DNA from: Tubiluchus corallicola
Taxonomy: Eukaryota > Animalia > Priapulida
Direction: 5' to 3'
NCBI GenBank assembly: GCA_030141605.1
Contig: JAQGDQ010000006.1
Location: 1,637,067 to 1,701,066, forward strand
Length of the DNA: 64,000 nucleotides
Shown here: piece by piece, positions 1 to 13,104 of the stretch
How positions within the stretch are numbered: the first letter of the stretch is position 1
Layout of the letters: each line of letters starts with the position of its first letter
Program-made: the position numbers and the translations under genes
The notes under the pieces: model-generated
Told to the model about the DNA's origin: nothing
Database searches by the model: none
The model's input: only the letters and a program-made list of their open reading frames with translations

Positions 1-40
1 TGTTAATTGTTGATCCAAAAAGGCGACTTTTTAAATAAAG

Positions 41-177
<137 letters not shown>

Positions 178-1256
178 CTATAATTTCATGCGTTGCAGGT
201 AGAAATTACATTAAAAACATTTTGAACGATCGCTTTTTATTTGTTTCTTCAAAATCTCGACTTTCATACTAAGTCTTCACAGGTGACAAACAAATTAGCT
301 CAATGCAAGAGACGTTGTTTTTCTTATATTAGTTTCTAGCAAATGTCTTAGCACAGAAAGTTCTTCGCTGGTACATGCATTTCGCCATTTGCTAGTTAGA
401 TGGACGGAAGCCAATAGCGTCTGCATCTGTGAACACGTTGCAGAAAAAATACAGGCGCCGTATCTCCCGTTTTTAAATTTATAATTTCCCGAGTTTTTTG
501 TGTATTACACCGAATGTTGCACTGTACTTCAAGTTTCGCTTTTGCAAACATGTGCAACACGCTCATGGAATGTTTGTGCTGTTGAAAATTATGTTCAATC
601 ATGAAATCATCACTAGCTGGGCTTGCCAGTCGTTAATTAACTTTTTAACCTATTATTTAATTGCCAGAAATACTTTTGCGTAATTATAGGTGCTAAAGCA
701 TATATTTACTGCACTTCAAAAAGTGAGGTAGACTGCGAAAAATAATCCTGTTTTCCTTGACAGAGCGCATTTATTAATTGATTGCAACTTGCAAGCTTTA
801 CTTAGCCCTGTCCTGAAAGCTTCAAATAAACATTTCTTCTCTCATTCAAGCTGATTTCTGTCAATAGCACTACGAATTACATCCTACTGGATTCAATTTA
901 GCAAAGTTTAATGCCATCTGTTTCTACTTCGCACTGTAATTATGCTGTAAACAGGATTTACTATTGGATTTTACAGTGGACTGTAATGCCTCCTCTAACC
1001 ATTCCAAACCGAGCATGTTGATTCACGTGCACATGTACCCCTCCTTCACAAATCCTACTATACATAAAAATTCGTTGGATTTGTGTTTTCGTTTGGTAAG
1101 ATTAGAAAAGTTAAAGGGAAAAATTTGAAACCGTTTTTAGCAAAATTTCTTCATTGTACTGATAAAAATATTCTAGTGGCTTCTTACTAAAACATAAGAC
1201 CTGGAGCAAGAGATTTATTACAAACAGGAAAAAAATAGCCACTCAAATGCCATTTA

Positions 1257-1357
1257 TAGGTAGGTAGGTAGGCAGGCAGGCAGGCAGGTAGGTAGGTAGC
1301 TAGGTGGGAGATAGGCAGGCAGGCAGGCAGGTAGGTAGGCAGGTAGGTAGGTAGGCA
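1257..1357. repeat. (GTAG/GCAG)n tetranucleotide repeat
   Basis: Directly visible. Confidence 0.92.
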
Positions 1358-1399
1358 TATTCTGCGTAAAAAGACTTTTTTACATGAAGTTTTTGCTTC

Positions 1400-1570
1400 A
1401 CCTTTTGTTGATCATTTATTGCTGCTTCACCGACCACTTTATTTCTGCTTCCTCGGGCATTTTACTACTCCCTCATGGGCCACTTTTTTACTGCTTCATG
1501 GACCATTTTATTGCTGCCTCATGGACCACTTTATTGCTGCATCAAGGACCACTTTGTTTCTGCGTCATAG
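1400..1570. repeat. Degenerate 22-23 bp minisatellite (TTTATTGCTGCTTCATGGACCAC-like)
   Basis: About 7 imperfect copies. Confidence 0.75.
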
Positions 1571-4484
1571 TGTCTTTGCCTAACCACGTGTCGGCTGAAA
1601 TTCGTTTGTTCTTGTCCTGACTGACCGCTCAATGTTTACTTTACTCCCACAGTAACTTTTAGTACCCAAATCAAATGTCAAATTCACGAACTGGAACAAT
1701 TATCTCGATGGGCTTCTTAAAAAAACAATTTCTATAACAGCTAGGACAGGGATCAATTGAGAAGTTAATGTGTGCTTAGCGACCGAAATTAAATAACGCC
1801 GAGCCAGGGCAGGAAATGGAGGAGCGACCGCCAAAACTTTTTCTTTTACGTTTTATCTGCCATGCTACTCGTTGAGTGACAATATATATCTAGCCGAAGT
1901 TCCGAATTTGTGTAAGACACTACCATCTGAAAGTCCAGCGAGGATTGTCCGCACTAAAGAGATGTCCCCAACAATCGACATAATAGGTGAGTTCTGCAGT
2001 TGATCGCTGGATTCATTCATGCTGGATATCACCTAGCAGTAACTGAACTTCATAAAAAGAGGGTTAATTAATACTAACGGAAGTAAACTGAAAAATCATA
2101 CAAAAGCGGCCATATCAATTACCCCATTACTGAAACACATTTCAGCAAAGCGCTACTTTATTGGCATTGTGATCGGTTTCAGTGAAAGTGTTTCGGCATC
2201 AAACACAGTGCAATGCGTTGACCTTGTTTACTCGGACAAATGTAATCAGTAAATGGAGTGTAAATTATTCTGCAGTATGTGGCGTTATATAGTCAACCGC
2301 CATAAAGTTAATGCACTGCATATAAAGAAGCCAAGCAAACTGTATTGGAATGATACTGATACATAGTAAAAGCATGTTGTTCTAATCGTATGCAAACAGG
2401 GCATTACGATTTTCGTGACACCGTTTACTTCGAAACGAAACGCGACTACGAAACGATTTCCGAACGTCTTTTCGTTCCCATCTCTTCAGTGAATCTAAGG
2501 AAACATTCTAAGAGATAAAACGATATAAAATTAATGGCTGCTTATGCAGAATACATTGCCTTACCCATTTTTTCTAGATAATGAATGACAACTGGTGCTT
2601 GACACTTCAGCAATTCAACAATTCATTAATTTTATGTCGGTTGTTCCTTTCAATTTATTCCTGGATTCACTGAAAAAAGGGAACGAAAACGGGATCTTCT
2701 GAAATGCAATAAGCTGTACAAAGAAAGTTATGATGCTCTGGTTGTATTGGATGAAAATATTGTTCAAATCGGGCAAACAAAGAAACAATTTATGTGTTAC
2801 CTACAGTTTGTTGTAGATAACTCTTGTACTATTGTATTTTACATAGCACGAGGCCTCGTGACATGCGTAGCAGATATCTAACTACTTTGTCCATCCCCGT
2901 AGATCAGTGTTTTTTGCCCCATACATCTTTTTCACCATATGTTCTGTTATCATTCCTACTAGGTCTTTCCAAAATGGTCTAATTTCTTAGCGTATTACCC
3001 CCTGGAAACATTTTAATAATATGTCAGGATGTTGCACCTTTTACACCTTTTTAAGCTTACCTGATTCTGCACGTTGCAGATTTACTTGATTGGTTTTTAT
3101 AACAGATTTTTACAAATACAGCAGTAATAGAAAAACTGAAATGAAGTCGTGTAAATTAACGCTTGAAATTCAACAGTACGCTGTCCTGTAGCACAATTTG
3201 TAAAATTCTAGTTTGCTGATCAATATTCAAAACTCCCACCTGTTGAGAACCACTCCTGCAGATACAGAGTTGTGGATCATGCACATGCGCATGCGCCTGC
3301 AATAAGTCAATGGTACCCTCCTGAATTGTTCAAATAAACCAGAAGTCGGTGGATATAGAGGCCAAAGAGAAGGGCATAACAGCCTCGTTGGCTATTCCGA
3401 ATTATAAGTCTTCACGCGTGGTGCTTTCAACTTGCAAACTTCTCCGTTTGGTCCGTTAAATACCCCCCCCCTTTATATCTTAATACATTTCTTGTAATAG
3501 CGAGGTTATTAGCCCGTAGTAGGCCCAGTTGGGAACTGCAAGACTAATCAACTCTTTGGATAAGAAATTGCCAGTATTTACCCTTCAATAGTAACTCCTA
3601 CCATCTACCATTAATCAATTTCTCATTGATTAAAATGTTTCCCACATAAGAAAGTAAGCGCCATGAGACTAATCAAAATGACCTGAACTGAAAGTACACT
3701 TTCACGTTCACCCGGCACTAGACTATCTAGATACCAGACCACCATTGACCACTGAACAGCCTCCAGGTTCATCAACGTCTACTAAAAGTTGGATATTAAT
3801 GATGAAGCCAAATAGCCTTGCATTTCGATGTAAAAAAGTCAAATGTAAATTTTGCTGCACGTTGTGATATTTCAGGAAAGTTCGCTTAAGCTTTAATTAA
3901 GGTAATGTTTAAGTAAATCTGAGCATTTCTTCAAACTGCAATTAAGATTGCGCCAACATGACATTCAGTTAACCGCCTTAACTGGTAAAATCCTAACTAA
4001 AGCAAGAGATTACTATAATTAAGATTTCCAATTGGAAAATGGTTTATAAAAGGAAATAAGACTTAATTTACCGTCAGACAAATTCTATGCAGGAAAATCT
4101 TCAGTGACTTACTAGACTAGAAGAAAATGTGCTTCTGTAAAGTTCTATGGGAGACATTTATGACATCTATTTCAGGGTTGTTAGATCTAAAAATCCATTT
4201 CTATTAGCTTCCTTTAAAAATGCCAGTCTTTTTGGGTCTAGTGGAACTTTTTCAGATTCCGCAAAATCGAATTGATAAAAATAATGTTTTTATAATAATT
4301 ATTAAGGCAAATCAGTTAATGTTTGTGTGGCGGTTATTGCGTGAAGTGAAAGTAACAGAAATGGATCCTCCCAGTCATAGTCCTAACTACTCTGGAATGG
4401 ATGTTATAATCGTTTCTCGATGTTAATTTTCTGTGAATTTCATTTAGCTTATATGTTTGTGCAAAAAACTTAATGGCCATTTTG

Positions 4485-4660
4485 TTTTTTCTTTGCAACC
4501 GAAAGGCCTGTGGTTCGAATCCAGACTGCATCCGACTTTTTCACATTTGCTGTCGGATAGATTGGTTTGAAAAATTCAATAATTATTTGTTTATTCATCA
4601 ATAATCTGTTAGCATTAAGCGACCTCGGAATTCTGCTCCTATCGAACCTAAGTAGATATG
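4485..4660 (+). mobile_element. tRNA-derived SINE remnant
   Basis: B-box GGTTCGAATCC at about 4512-4522; no complete cloverleaf. Confidence 0.5.
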
Positions 4661-4845
4661 GACGTAAAGATAAACGTGTGGGCGGAACATAATTTCGACA
4701 GGCAGACAGACAAGCGGGCAGGCAAACAGATAAATAAATAGATAGCCTAACAGACGAAGTAGTTAAAACGAATTAGTTACATGTAATTAAGTAATTAGTA
4801 ACGAGGTCTATATGATCATTGCAACCTGCATCTTTATGATTTATA

Positions 4846-5253
4846 TTTAGTAATCGAATGTGGAAACTTTTCCAAGTCTATAATTCTGAATGCTGCAAGA
4901 AGAAATTATTGAAGTCTCGTAATCTAATCTATCTCTACACTTTAACAAGTTTAAAAATTACGACGAAAGAGTTAAGATCGGTTTAGTAATCGAATGTGGA
5001 AATTTTTCCAAGTCTATAATTCTGAATGCTGTAAGAAGAAATTATTGAAGTCTCGTAACCTAATCTATCTCTACACTTTAACAAGTTTAAAAATTACGAC
5101 GAAAGAGTTAAGATCGGTTTAGTAATCGAATGTGGAAACTTTTCCAAGTCTATAATTCTGAATGCTGTAAGAAGAAATTATTGAAGTCTCGTAACCTAAT
5201 CTATCTCTACACTTTAACAAGTTTAAAAATTACTACGAAAGAGTTAAGATCGG
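4846..5253 (+). repeat. 3 x 136-bp tandem repeat
   Basis: Near-identical units start at 4846, 4982 and 5118. Confidence 0.95.
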
Positions 5254-6859
5254 TACCAATGCGCAAGCTAATAATTCGTAAGCAAACTGTTAATGCGTCG
5301 ACTTCATGAATTCTTAACTTATTTCATGTTTTCCCTATAATCATCGTCATTTACGTCCAGCTTATATACAAATTTAATGTACATTTATTCTCTTGGGAAA
5401 TTTGGGTTACTTGCACCTATAATACCCGATAACATTTGGGTTCTTCACAGCTATCATTACAGAGTCTTCGTAAATACTGTATGAAAAATTAACGAAGATT
5501 ACGCTGTCTCTATTTCGTGTAATTATTTCGTTAAACACCTCTAAGGCTATAACGCCGCATAAGAATATTAAGTGACATCTTCAGTCATTTCTAAATTACC
5601 AAAACTTTAGCAGTAAATTAGAATAGAGTCGGAATTTGTTTAAAATTAACATAAATTGCATTTACTTGAATTTAATTACGTTATATTTCATTCCGTTCGT
5701 TACGTTACGTTCCGTGTTGTCATATCACGTACACACGCTACATTATGTAGCATTACCGGTACAGCAAAGCATTTTTTTAGAATTTTGACGGCAAACTTGC
5801 CTACTGCTGACTGTGCACGTTTGTGTGTAACTGCACAGATCTAAATCTCATCAGAGCTTTGAGCTAACTGCATGTGCAAGAACAACATGATGCAGCAACA
5901 TAACATTAAATTCTGTTCTATTCGTCACTTTCGTTGTGTACAATATGATACAATCTCTATTAATAATAACTGTGCGATAATTACTTTTTCGCGTGATAAA
6001 TGAATTTTTTGTTGGACGTGCTGAATCTCTCGTCTAAGAATTCCTCTTTATTTTGTTTCGTTGTTTCCATGGTGTGTCCACACTATTCAGGGTACAGGGC
6101 GTAATCTCTTCTGCGAGATATGATCGTCTCCAAAGCGCATCCGTCTTCTAAGCGTTCTGATGGATAACATTTTTTACTTTCTTTTACTCTTTCTCGTGTA
6201 GTTTTGTTTCCATTCCTCTTCTTTTTGTTGAGTCCATAGCCACAATGTACATTTGTTCAAATAACCCATTAGCACTTTTGCATCATTTGACTAAATAATT
6301 TCTTGTAGTGGCATAGTTCACTTTGTCGTAACATATTCAAGCATATTCTCAGTAGTATCATCTTCATTTTTATACACTGGACTCTCGTCTTCTTTGAACT
6401 GACTGTTCTAATACTTCTTGAGTAGCAACATATTTAATTTAATTTTTATCAACACCCCTTCTAGTGCTATTCCTAGACAGCTTATGATAGCTGATTACGT
6501 AATTAACAGCAGAGCTGTGGCAATACGATATTAATAACAGTAACTCCATACAATTTTTTATTTTGCCAAGTTTATAAGGTACAAATTTTAAATACCTTGA
6601 CTTTGTTTTAACCCCTCCTGTCCTAACCAGATCTTTCACCTATAGTGTCGTATTAGTCATCGCCTCTATATTGTGTAATAGGCTTGTAAATAGCGCCAAT
6701 AAAAGCAATATTCCGAAGAACATCAGTCCCTAATTATTGTATTGCGTTACTAATATTACATACGTTATTGTCAACTGCTGTGCAGTTAATTATGCAGTAA
6801 ACCATAGTGGCATGGTTATATACAGTCTATAGATACAATATAAGTGCACAGTATATGTT

Positions 6860-7173
6860 TTTACAACGACCTCTATGGCGATAACCACAAAAGCGGTAAC
6901 AGTATCAACAAGAATACTGAAGGTGACAAATATAGCGACAACGGAAACTACAAGGACAAGAGCAACAAAACCAATAACATAAACCGTTGCACAACAACAA
7001 CAACAACAACGACGACAACAACAACAACAACAGCAAAAGCAATAGCGGCAACAGCAACGGCAACAACAGCAGCAGCAGTAGCAACAACGATGACGACGAC
7101 AACAACAACAACATGGTTGCACTAGGAGCACCAAAGACAATGATTGTGATGACAGCAATAGCAACAACAGCTA

Positions 7174-7205
<32 letters not shown>

Positions 7206-7230
7206 ACAACAAAACGGCTGCAGCAGGAGT
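6860..7230. repeat. (CAA/CAG/CGA)n compound trinucleotide repeat
   Basis: Directly visible; source of the poly-T/N/L/C pseudo-ORFs. Confidence 0.92.
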
Positions 7231-7968
7231 AGAAGAAAAAAGAAAAAGAAAAATTAATACCGCCATGGATTGTTGACGCTTTAAAAATAGGCAGCTTTAC
7301 CATCACCAACATGAAGACAGCGAGGATGTTTATAATAGATCCTGGTGTTTATTTGACTCCACCTAATTTGTCTGAAGTTAATGGCTCTAATGCAATTGAC
7401 ACCAAGCGTAAATGAGGGGAGTGCACTGAAAGTGTGTGTGCTCGTTTAGAAATGGCTTGCATTGTGGTTTGAATGAAAAACAAAAGCAAGAAATGAAGCA
7501 AATAAAACGCTTTTTGCAAACAAGGAAAATGCGTTACAAGGTTTTCTGAGAAACATGTATTGTGTTTTAAAACATAGTACATAGATAAATAGTTAAACCA
7601 CAGCCCAAGTTTGGAACACTTGCTTAAACATGCATAATGCGCGTTTGGCAAACTTTGTGAACAAATGCAGCTTGTAACTCTAGTGACGCATCTGCTAAAA
7701 TTATTACTGAACTAGAAAAAGAGCGAGACCACTTTTAATGATTGCCTAATGCAGTCATCTCATTAGGTGCCAAAGGTTTCGTTTAGTACTGACCGTCTCT
7801 CGGCTTGTGTGATAGCTTGTGTTATACTACAACGAACTCTTCTTCAAATAAACAAAACCTAACTAAGCCCTGGAGTCACCCAATGGTGTCCAGTTTTAGT
7901 GGAAGTATTGGATAACGGCGCCAAAGCCATTTGCTGGAATCTTTGAACTTGTAGTAAACTTAGCCGTA

Positions 7969-8173
7969 ACAAATGATACTGAAGCTTGGCACATATATAC
8001 TTCGGACTACGTAAAAAATGTTGCATGTTGCCAAAAAACTGTTGTAATTGACGGTACAGATAGCCCTGAGTACAGATAGTACAAATGATACTGAAGCTTG
8101 GCACATTTGTACATCGGACTACGTAAAAAATGTAGCATGTTGCCAAAAAACTGTTGTAATTGACGGTACAGAT
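7969..8173. repeat. 2 x about 93-bp direct repeat, period 112
   Basis: ACAAATGATACTGAAGCTTGGCACAT...GACGGTACAGAT at 7969 and 8081. Confidence 0.9.
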
Positions 8174-9404
8174 TGTTCAATACAAAAACAGAATTATAAC
8201 TTTCACTGATTAGTTAAAATGATCAGAGGTTTCATGTGACCAGCCATATCGAAAATATAGTTCCCAACAAAATAAAATTTACTGTGTTGATGTAAATAGT
8301 CCACAAAGTTGCTCTTCGTGAATTCAAAATACTTTGATAGTAAACCGACGCCTCTGAAGCTCCTTCCCAGGGGATTTCCTTTTATAATGAGGTTCTGTTT
8401 CCATATTAAGACCGCCTCTACCTGCCATTACGGGAAGGACAGTGCGATGAAATATGTTAGGTGGCGCAAAAAACGTGCCGATACTTTGATCACGGAATCG
8501 CTTGAAAGTTACCACACAGATGGTACAGACGTTTGTGTGATAATATCAGAAATTTTTGGTCATTCATATAATTATAATTTTTCCAAAGATACAAAAGTCT
8601 GAAAACAGGAAGTCAAAAAAGTAAATACCGGAAAAAATTGTGTTACTGTTGTTAAACTTACCGACAATGCTCTACGTGTCCACCATTTAGCTGCAAACTA
8701 AACGAAGGCGTTCCTTCCGACAGCTGACACAATTTCTACCTTCTTTAATTAAGGGGTACTTGATCCCACCTGCTCAACAATTTTTGCTCTTAGTTTCTCT
8801 GAATCAAACGGCTCTGTATGACCGTCGCATACGCTGGAAATTCAAGATACTTTAGTTTAGTTCAGGATTAAGTTTAATTTTTTTATTTGACAGCAAATCC
8901 TTATCAATATTTTACTATAGCCCAGGATGTAAAATGAGCTAACATTGTTCTGGCATTTAAATATTTGACGTACAAAAGATTTTCGGCCATGGCTTAAAAC
9001 TATACACTTGCAACTCTCACAACCAAAAGTCAATGCATTGTAGTACCAAGCTGTTAAACTTCATCTTTGTAGAGAACCTGCTTCTACTGTACTGTAGTTT
9101 AAATTTTGGTATTTTTCTGCGCCAGCAGATGAAAAAGACATTTGAAATTGTTCACTTGGCTGAAATTAAGGTTTTGGAAATTGAAGAGCTACTGTTGAAG
9201 AGAAGGATCAAGCCAAAGAACTGGATAAGGATGTTGCTGAATATGACAATTAAAAGAATCAAATTTATCTATTGCTGCCTTCATTGATAACAACTGGGTT
9301 ACCATCTGAGAATTTGCTGTTTGCAACAAACTGTAAACATTAATTACAAAGGGAAATGACAGGTCGGCAACTAGAAGTTTTTTACACATGGAGTTCATAC
9401 ATGG

Positions 9405-9690
<286 letters not shown>

Positions 9691-11365
9691 TAAGTGTTTA
9701 CTGAATATTTGCTGTGCAATTTAGTGAATAATTTATAGCATAACGAGTAGTATACCAGCAATTACAACGTCACTTAGCTTGGTTGGATCATTAATCTCCA
9801 ATCTGCAACAACTATTATATGCGAGATTATGCCAAGTAAACAGCAATCATAGGGCTATAAATGAAGACTGTGTGAACATAATGGTAAAACCAACGCACTC
9901 ATCCAGAACATTTAGCTGAATTGCTTGACCAAAAGTTCCTTTGGTTTAAATTGAAGTACTAAAATACCGATAAGAAACGGCAAAAGGAAAAAATCCATAG
10001 TAATTATTTAGGTAAGTTGACTGCTGCTGCATGTGCAAACGATAACGACAACAATAACAACAAGAGCAGCAATAACAACAACAGCAGCAACAACAACATC
10101 AACAACCTTGAAGTCAACATTTAACACTATACGTAGATAACAATGATCATTCATCTTTACATTTGAATCTGACTTTCACTCAAATTACAGACTTGCAGTA
10201 TAATTATTTTCCCATTGTGCTTCTGTGAGAATGACCTTTATTATGATTTTTAGTTCTACTACTGACAATTCTTTTAATCACTGCCATGCCTCAGGTGTCA
10301 TGATTAAACGATGACTCGCTCGCTTTACCATACAATCAGGTCTGTCACAGAAACGTGATCTTTTACACAAGTGTGGTAATTTAAAATAATCAGTGCGTTC
10401 AGATGAAAGTATTAAACTTCAGGTGTAGGGTTGATGAAAGGAGAGTGAAACAAAGCGTTATAATATTGTGAACATCGTGTAGTAAATCGTACTGAATGCA
10501 GCTGATATTCTAGCTGCCGTTGGTGTTAAAAATTTAAACAGCATAATTAAAAATGGTGGCTGAATAAGGTCATGGGGCGTTAGTGGCAATGATGGTGTTG
10601 TTGGCGTTGATGTTTGTGTTAGTTGCGGTGCCACATGGCAGTGCATATTGATTATGAGAGTGATGATGATGACGACGACGACGACAATGATGATAACTTT
10701 AGGATGTTTCGGAACTTGCAGTGTGACTACAACCGACGAGTATTGACAACTGACTGCTTTATCGACGTTTGGTTAAGCGACGTATCGACTCTTCAGTTAG
10801 TTTTTTAAATTTTGCAAAATACGGTCGCGTCTCTGAATTCAAATGAGATCTGCATCAGAAGTGTCTGAGCTTCACAAAAATGATAATTTTATTTCTATGA
10901 TTGTCTACAGCACACCCACACACAGAGGAGCAAAAACTTTAATGGTTCCCAGTTTATTTCACTTACACGTGCCTAGAAGTATATACAGCTCAGTTGCTCA
11001 TTGTCCCAATGGTTGACTATATTTTTAGCAGGAAACTGCAAACTGCAACAACAACAATAGCAACGGTAGTAACAACAAAAATAACAACAACAACGATAAA
11101 ACAACAATAACGACAACAGCCGCAGCCCTTGCTATGAAACTAGCGTTTTTTTATAATTTGACAATAGTGCAAGTGTCAACGGGCAGAATCTATTTAATTT
11201 AGATGGTTGTGGCAAAAAGAGAGCCTGATTTATCACCAAGGTTACGCATCTAAGTTGAGGCACTAAATTGGCAGAGATATTTTAGACATGTTCAAATGTG
11301 AATGCGAATTTTCTTCAATCTTTTTACTTTACTGTTTTAAACATTTCAATAATTATTCTTGTCGT

Positions 11366-12122
11366 TAGGACCGGCTTTACCACCAGGCAAACTAGACGGG
11401 TTGCCTAGGGCACCATTTTCTTAGAGGGGAGGGGCTCAAAATTCTGGAAGTGATTCCTTATTTTTAAGTTTAGTATAAGCAATAACATAGTGATTGACAC
11501 GTTACCAAGTTCTTGTCCACAGTTTATATTGTAGGCATAGGGCAGCAGCCAAAGTAACGACTCCTTTCCTTAACAGAAAAGTTCCTTGCATTAGCATTTA
11601 TCTAATCGTGGCAGATAGACTTGTAAGAGTCGAAGCTTTCAGTAGCATAATACACGAAACAAAAAGTAAAAGAAGCTGGTGGACAGTGAACAGCAACAAA
11701 ATCTTAAAAGAGAGTATTTACAACCAGACCAGAGTTATATGGTTGTGAAGATGATGATGCTAATGGAATGGACGTATGTGAAAAAGAGGAGTCAGAAGAC
11801 TCAGTCACTGTTCTCTGATGATAAGGCTGAAGGAAAATCTAGCCATGAATATGAACATGAAGGCTGCGCGGCTGAAATTGTAGAAATATTGATTGCTCGT
11901 GAAGACCCAGGACGTACAATGATGTCAATTTCAAATGTAGTTGTAGAGTGGTAGTTAACTTCAGTTAATCAGTACACAATAATGTATAGGCCCAACACAC
12001 AAGTACCATTAATACTTTAATATATACAACAAAAACACAATTTTGTAGTGGTTGTATGACGTATGTGTGGGGGATTAAAAATACTTTTGGCTAGGGCGTC
12101 AAATGACCTAGAACCCGCCCAA
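11366..12122 (+). mobile_element. Non-autonomous hAT-type DNA transposon
   Basis: Degenerate TIRs TAGGACCGGCTTTA / TAGAACCCGCCCAA; 8-bp TSD CTTGTCGT / CTTGTCAT; subterminal CTAGGGC motifs at both ends. Confidence 0.7.
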
Positions 12123-12162
12123 CTTGTCATTAAAGCTGACACAAAATTAGCACTTTCAAGTG

Positions 12163-12412
12163 TGATGTATAGCCGAGTGGTCACGGACGGAATGAGCTGT
12201 TAGTGACCAAAATTAAGAATGGTCAGTCGAAGCTGGTCAGTTAAGGATGGGTGATCACCTGGTTCAATACTTGCTCGGGATAGTTTTGCGATATTGGTTG
12301 TTTTCCTCTTGTGGCTAAAATATCTCTGCAAATTTTTTTAGTGTGTCAACTTAGATGCGTAGCCTTGATGATGAATCAGGCTCTGATCTTGCCACAACCA
12401 TCTAAATTAAAT
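12163..12412 (+). mobile_element. tRNA-5S chimeric SINE
   Basis: A-box TAGCCGAGTGG followed by 5S-like ACCAAAATTAAG...GGTCAGTTAAGGATGGGTGATCACCTGG, then a body ending CCATCTAAATTAAAT. Confidence 0.65.
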
Positions 12413-12475
12413 ATATTCCACCTTTTGACACTTGCACTATTGTCAAATCATAAAAAACGCTAGTTTTATAGCAGG

Positions 12476-12481
12476 GGCTGC

Positions 12482-12512
<31 letters not shown>

Positions 12513-12737
12513 TCTGCTGCTACCGTTTTCGCTGTTGTTGCTGCTATTGTTGTCTTATTTTATCGTTGTTGTTGTTATTGTTTTTGTTGTTATATCGTTG
12601 CTGCTGTTGTTTCTGTCGCTATCGTTGTCGTTGTCGTCGTCGTTCTTGTTGTTGTCATTGTCGTTACCATTGTCGCTGTCGCTGTTGTTGTTCCTGTTAT
12701 TTTTTGCAATTACTGCTGTTGTTGTTGCCGTTGCTGT
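12476..12737. repeat. (GTT/GCT/GTC)n compound repeat
   Basis: Directly visible. Confidence 0.9.
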
Positions 12738-13104
12738 GATTTTCTGGAATTTGTGAGTAAATAAAAACCCGCCATTGCTTATGTGTAACTCCATTTTATA
12801 CCAAACGTGCTCAGGTGTCACAGTTCTCTCATGTTCTCAATATTCCCATAGCGCACCTGCTAGTGTTTGTGTTGGACCATAAATCAAACTAATTAGCGCG
12901 ATCGCAAATTATTAGCTAGCTACATTGCTTCTATGATGTGCTTAATTAGCTCCTATAGCTCATCTGTTGTATCTACAAATGCAAGATTGCATTATAACTG
13001 ATTATAGATAACAGCGTAGATGGATTTACAATCTGGAACAAAATGTACGTCATAAGCGAAAAGCTACATGGGAGCAAGAAAAGAAGAAAACATCAAGAGA
13101 AAAA

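Noticed and set aside
2420-2492. Hammerhead on the minus strand (CTGAAGA...GAAA)
   Set aside because: No adequate stem II or stem I; GAAAC words here come from a short repeated motif.
4846-5253. CRISPR-like array
   Set aside because: Whole units are duplicated with no unique spacers; eukaryotic context.
6790-7312. Overlapping Cys/Thr/Asn/Leu-rich ORFs
   Set aside because: Translations of a trinucleotide repeat; no splice or domain support. The same applies to ORFs at 9189-9761, 12432-12821, 14860-16064, 18086-18547, 23922-24221 and 46997-47338.
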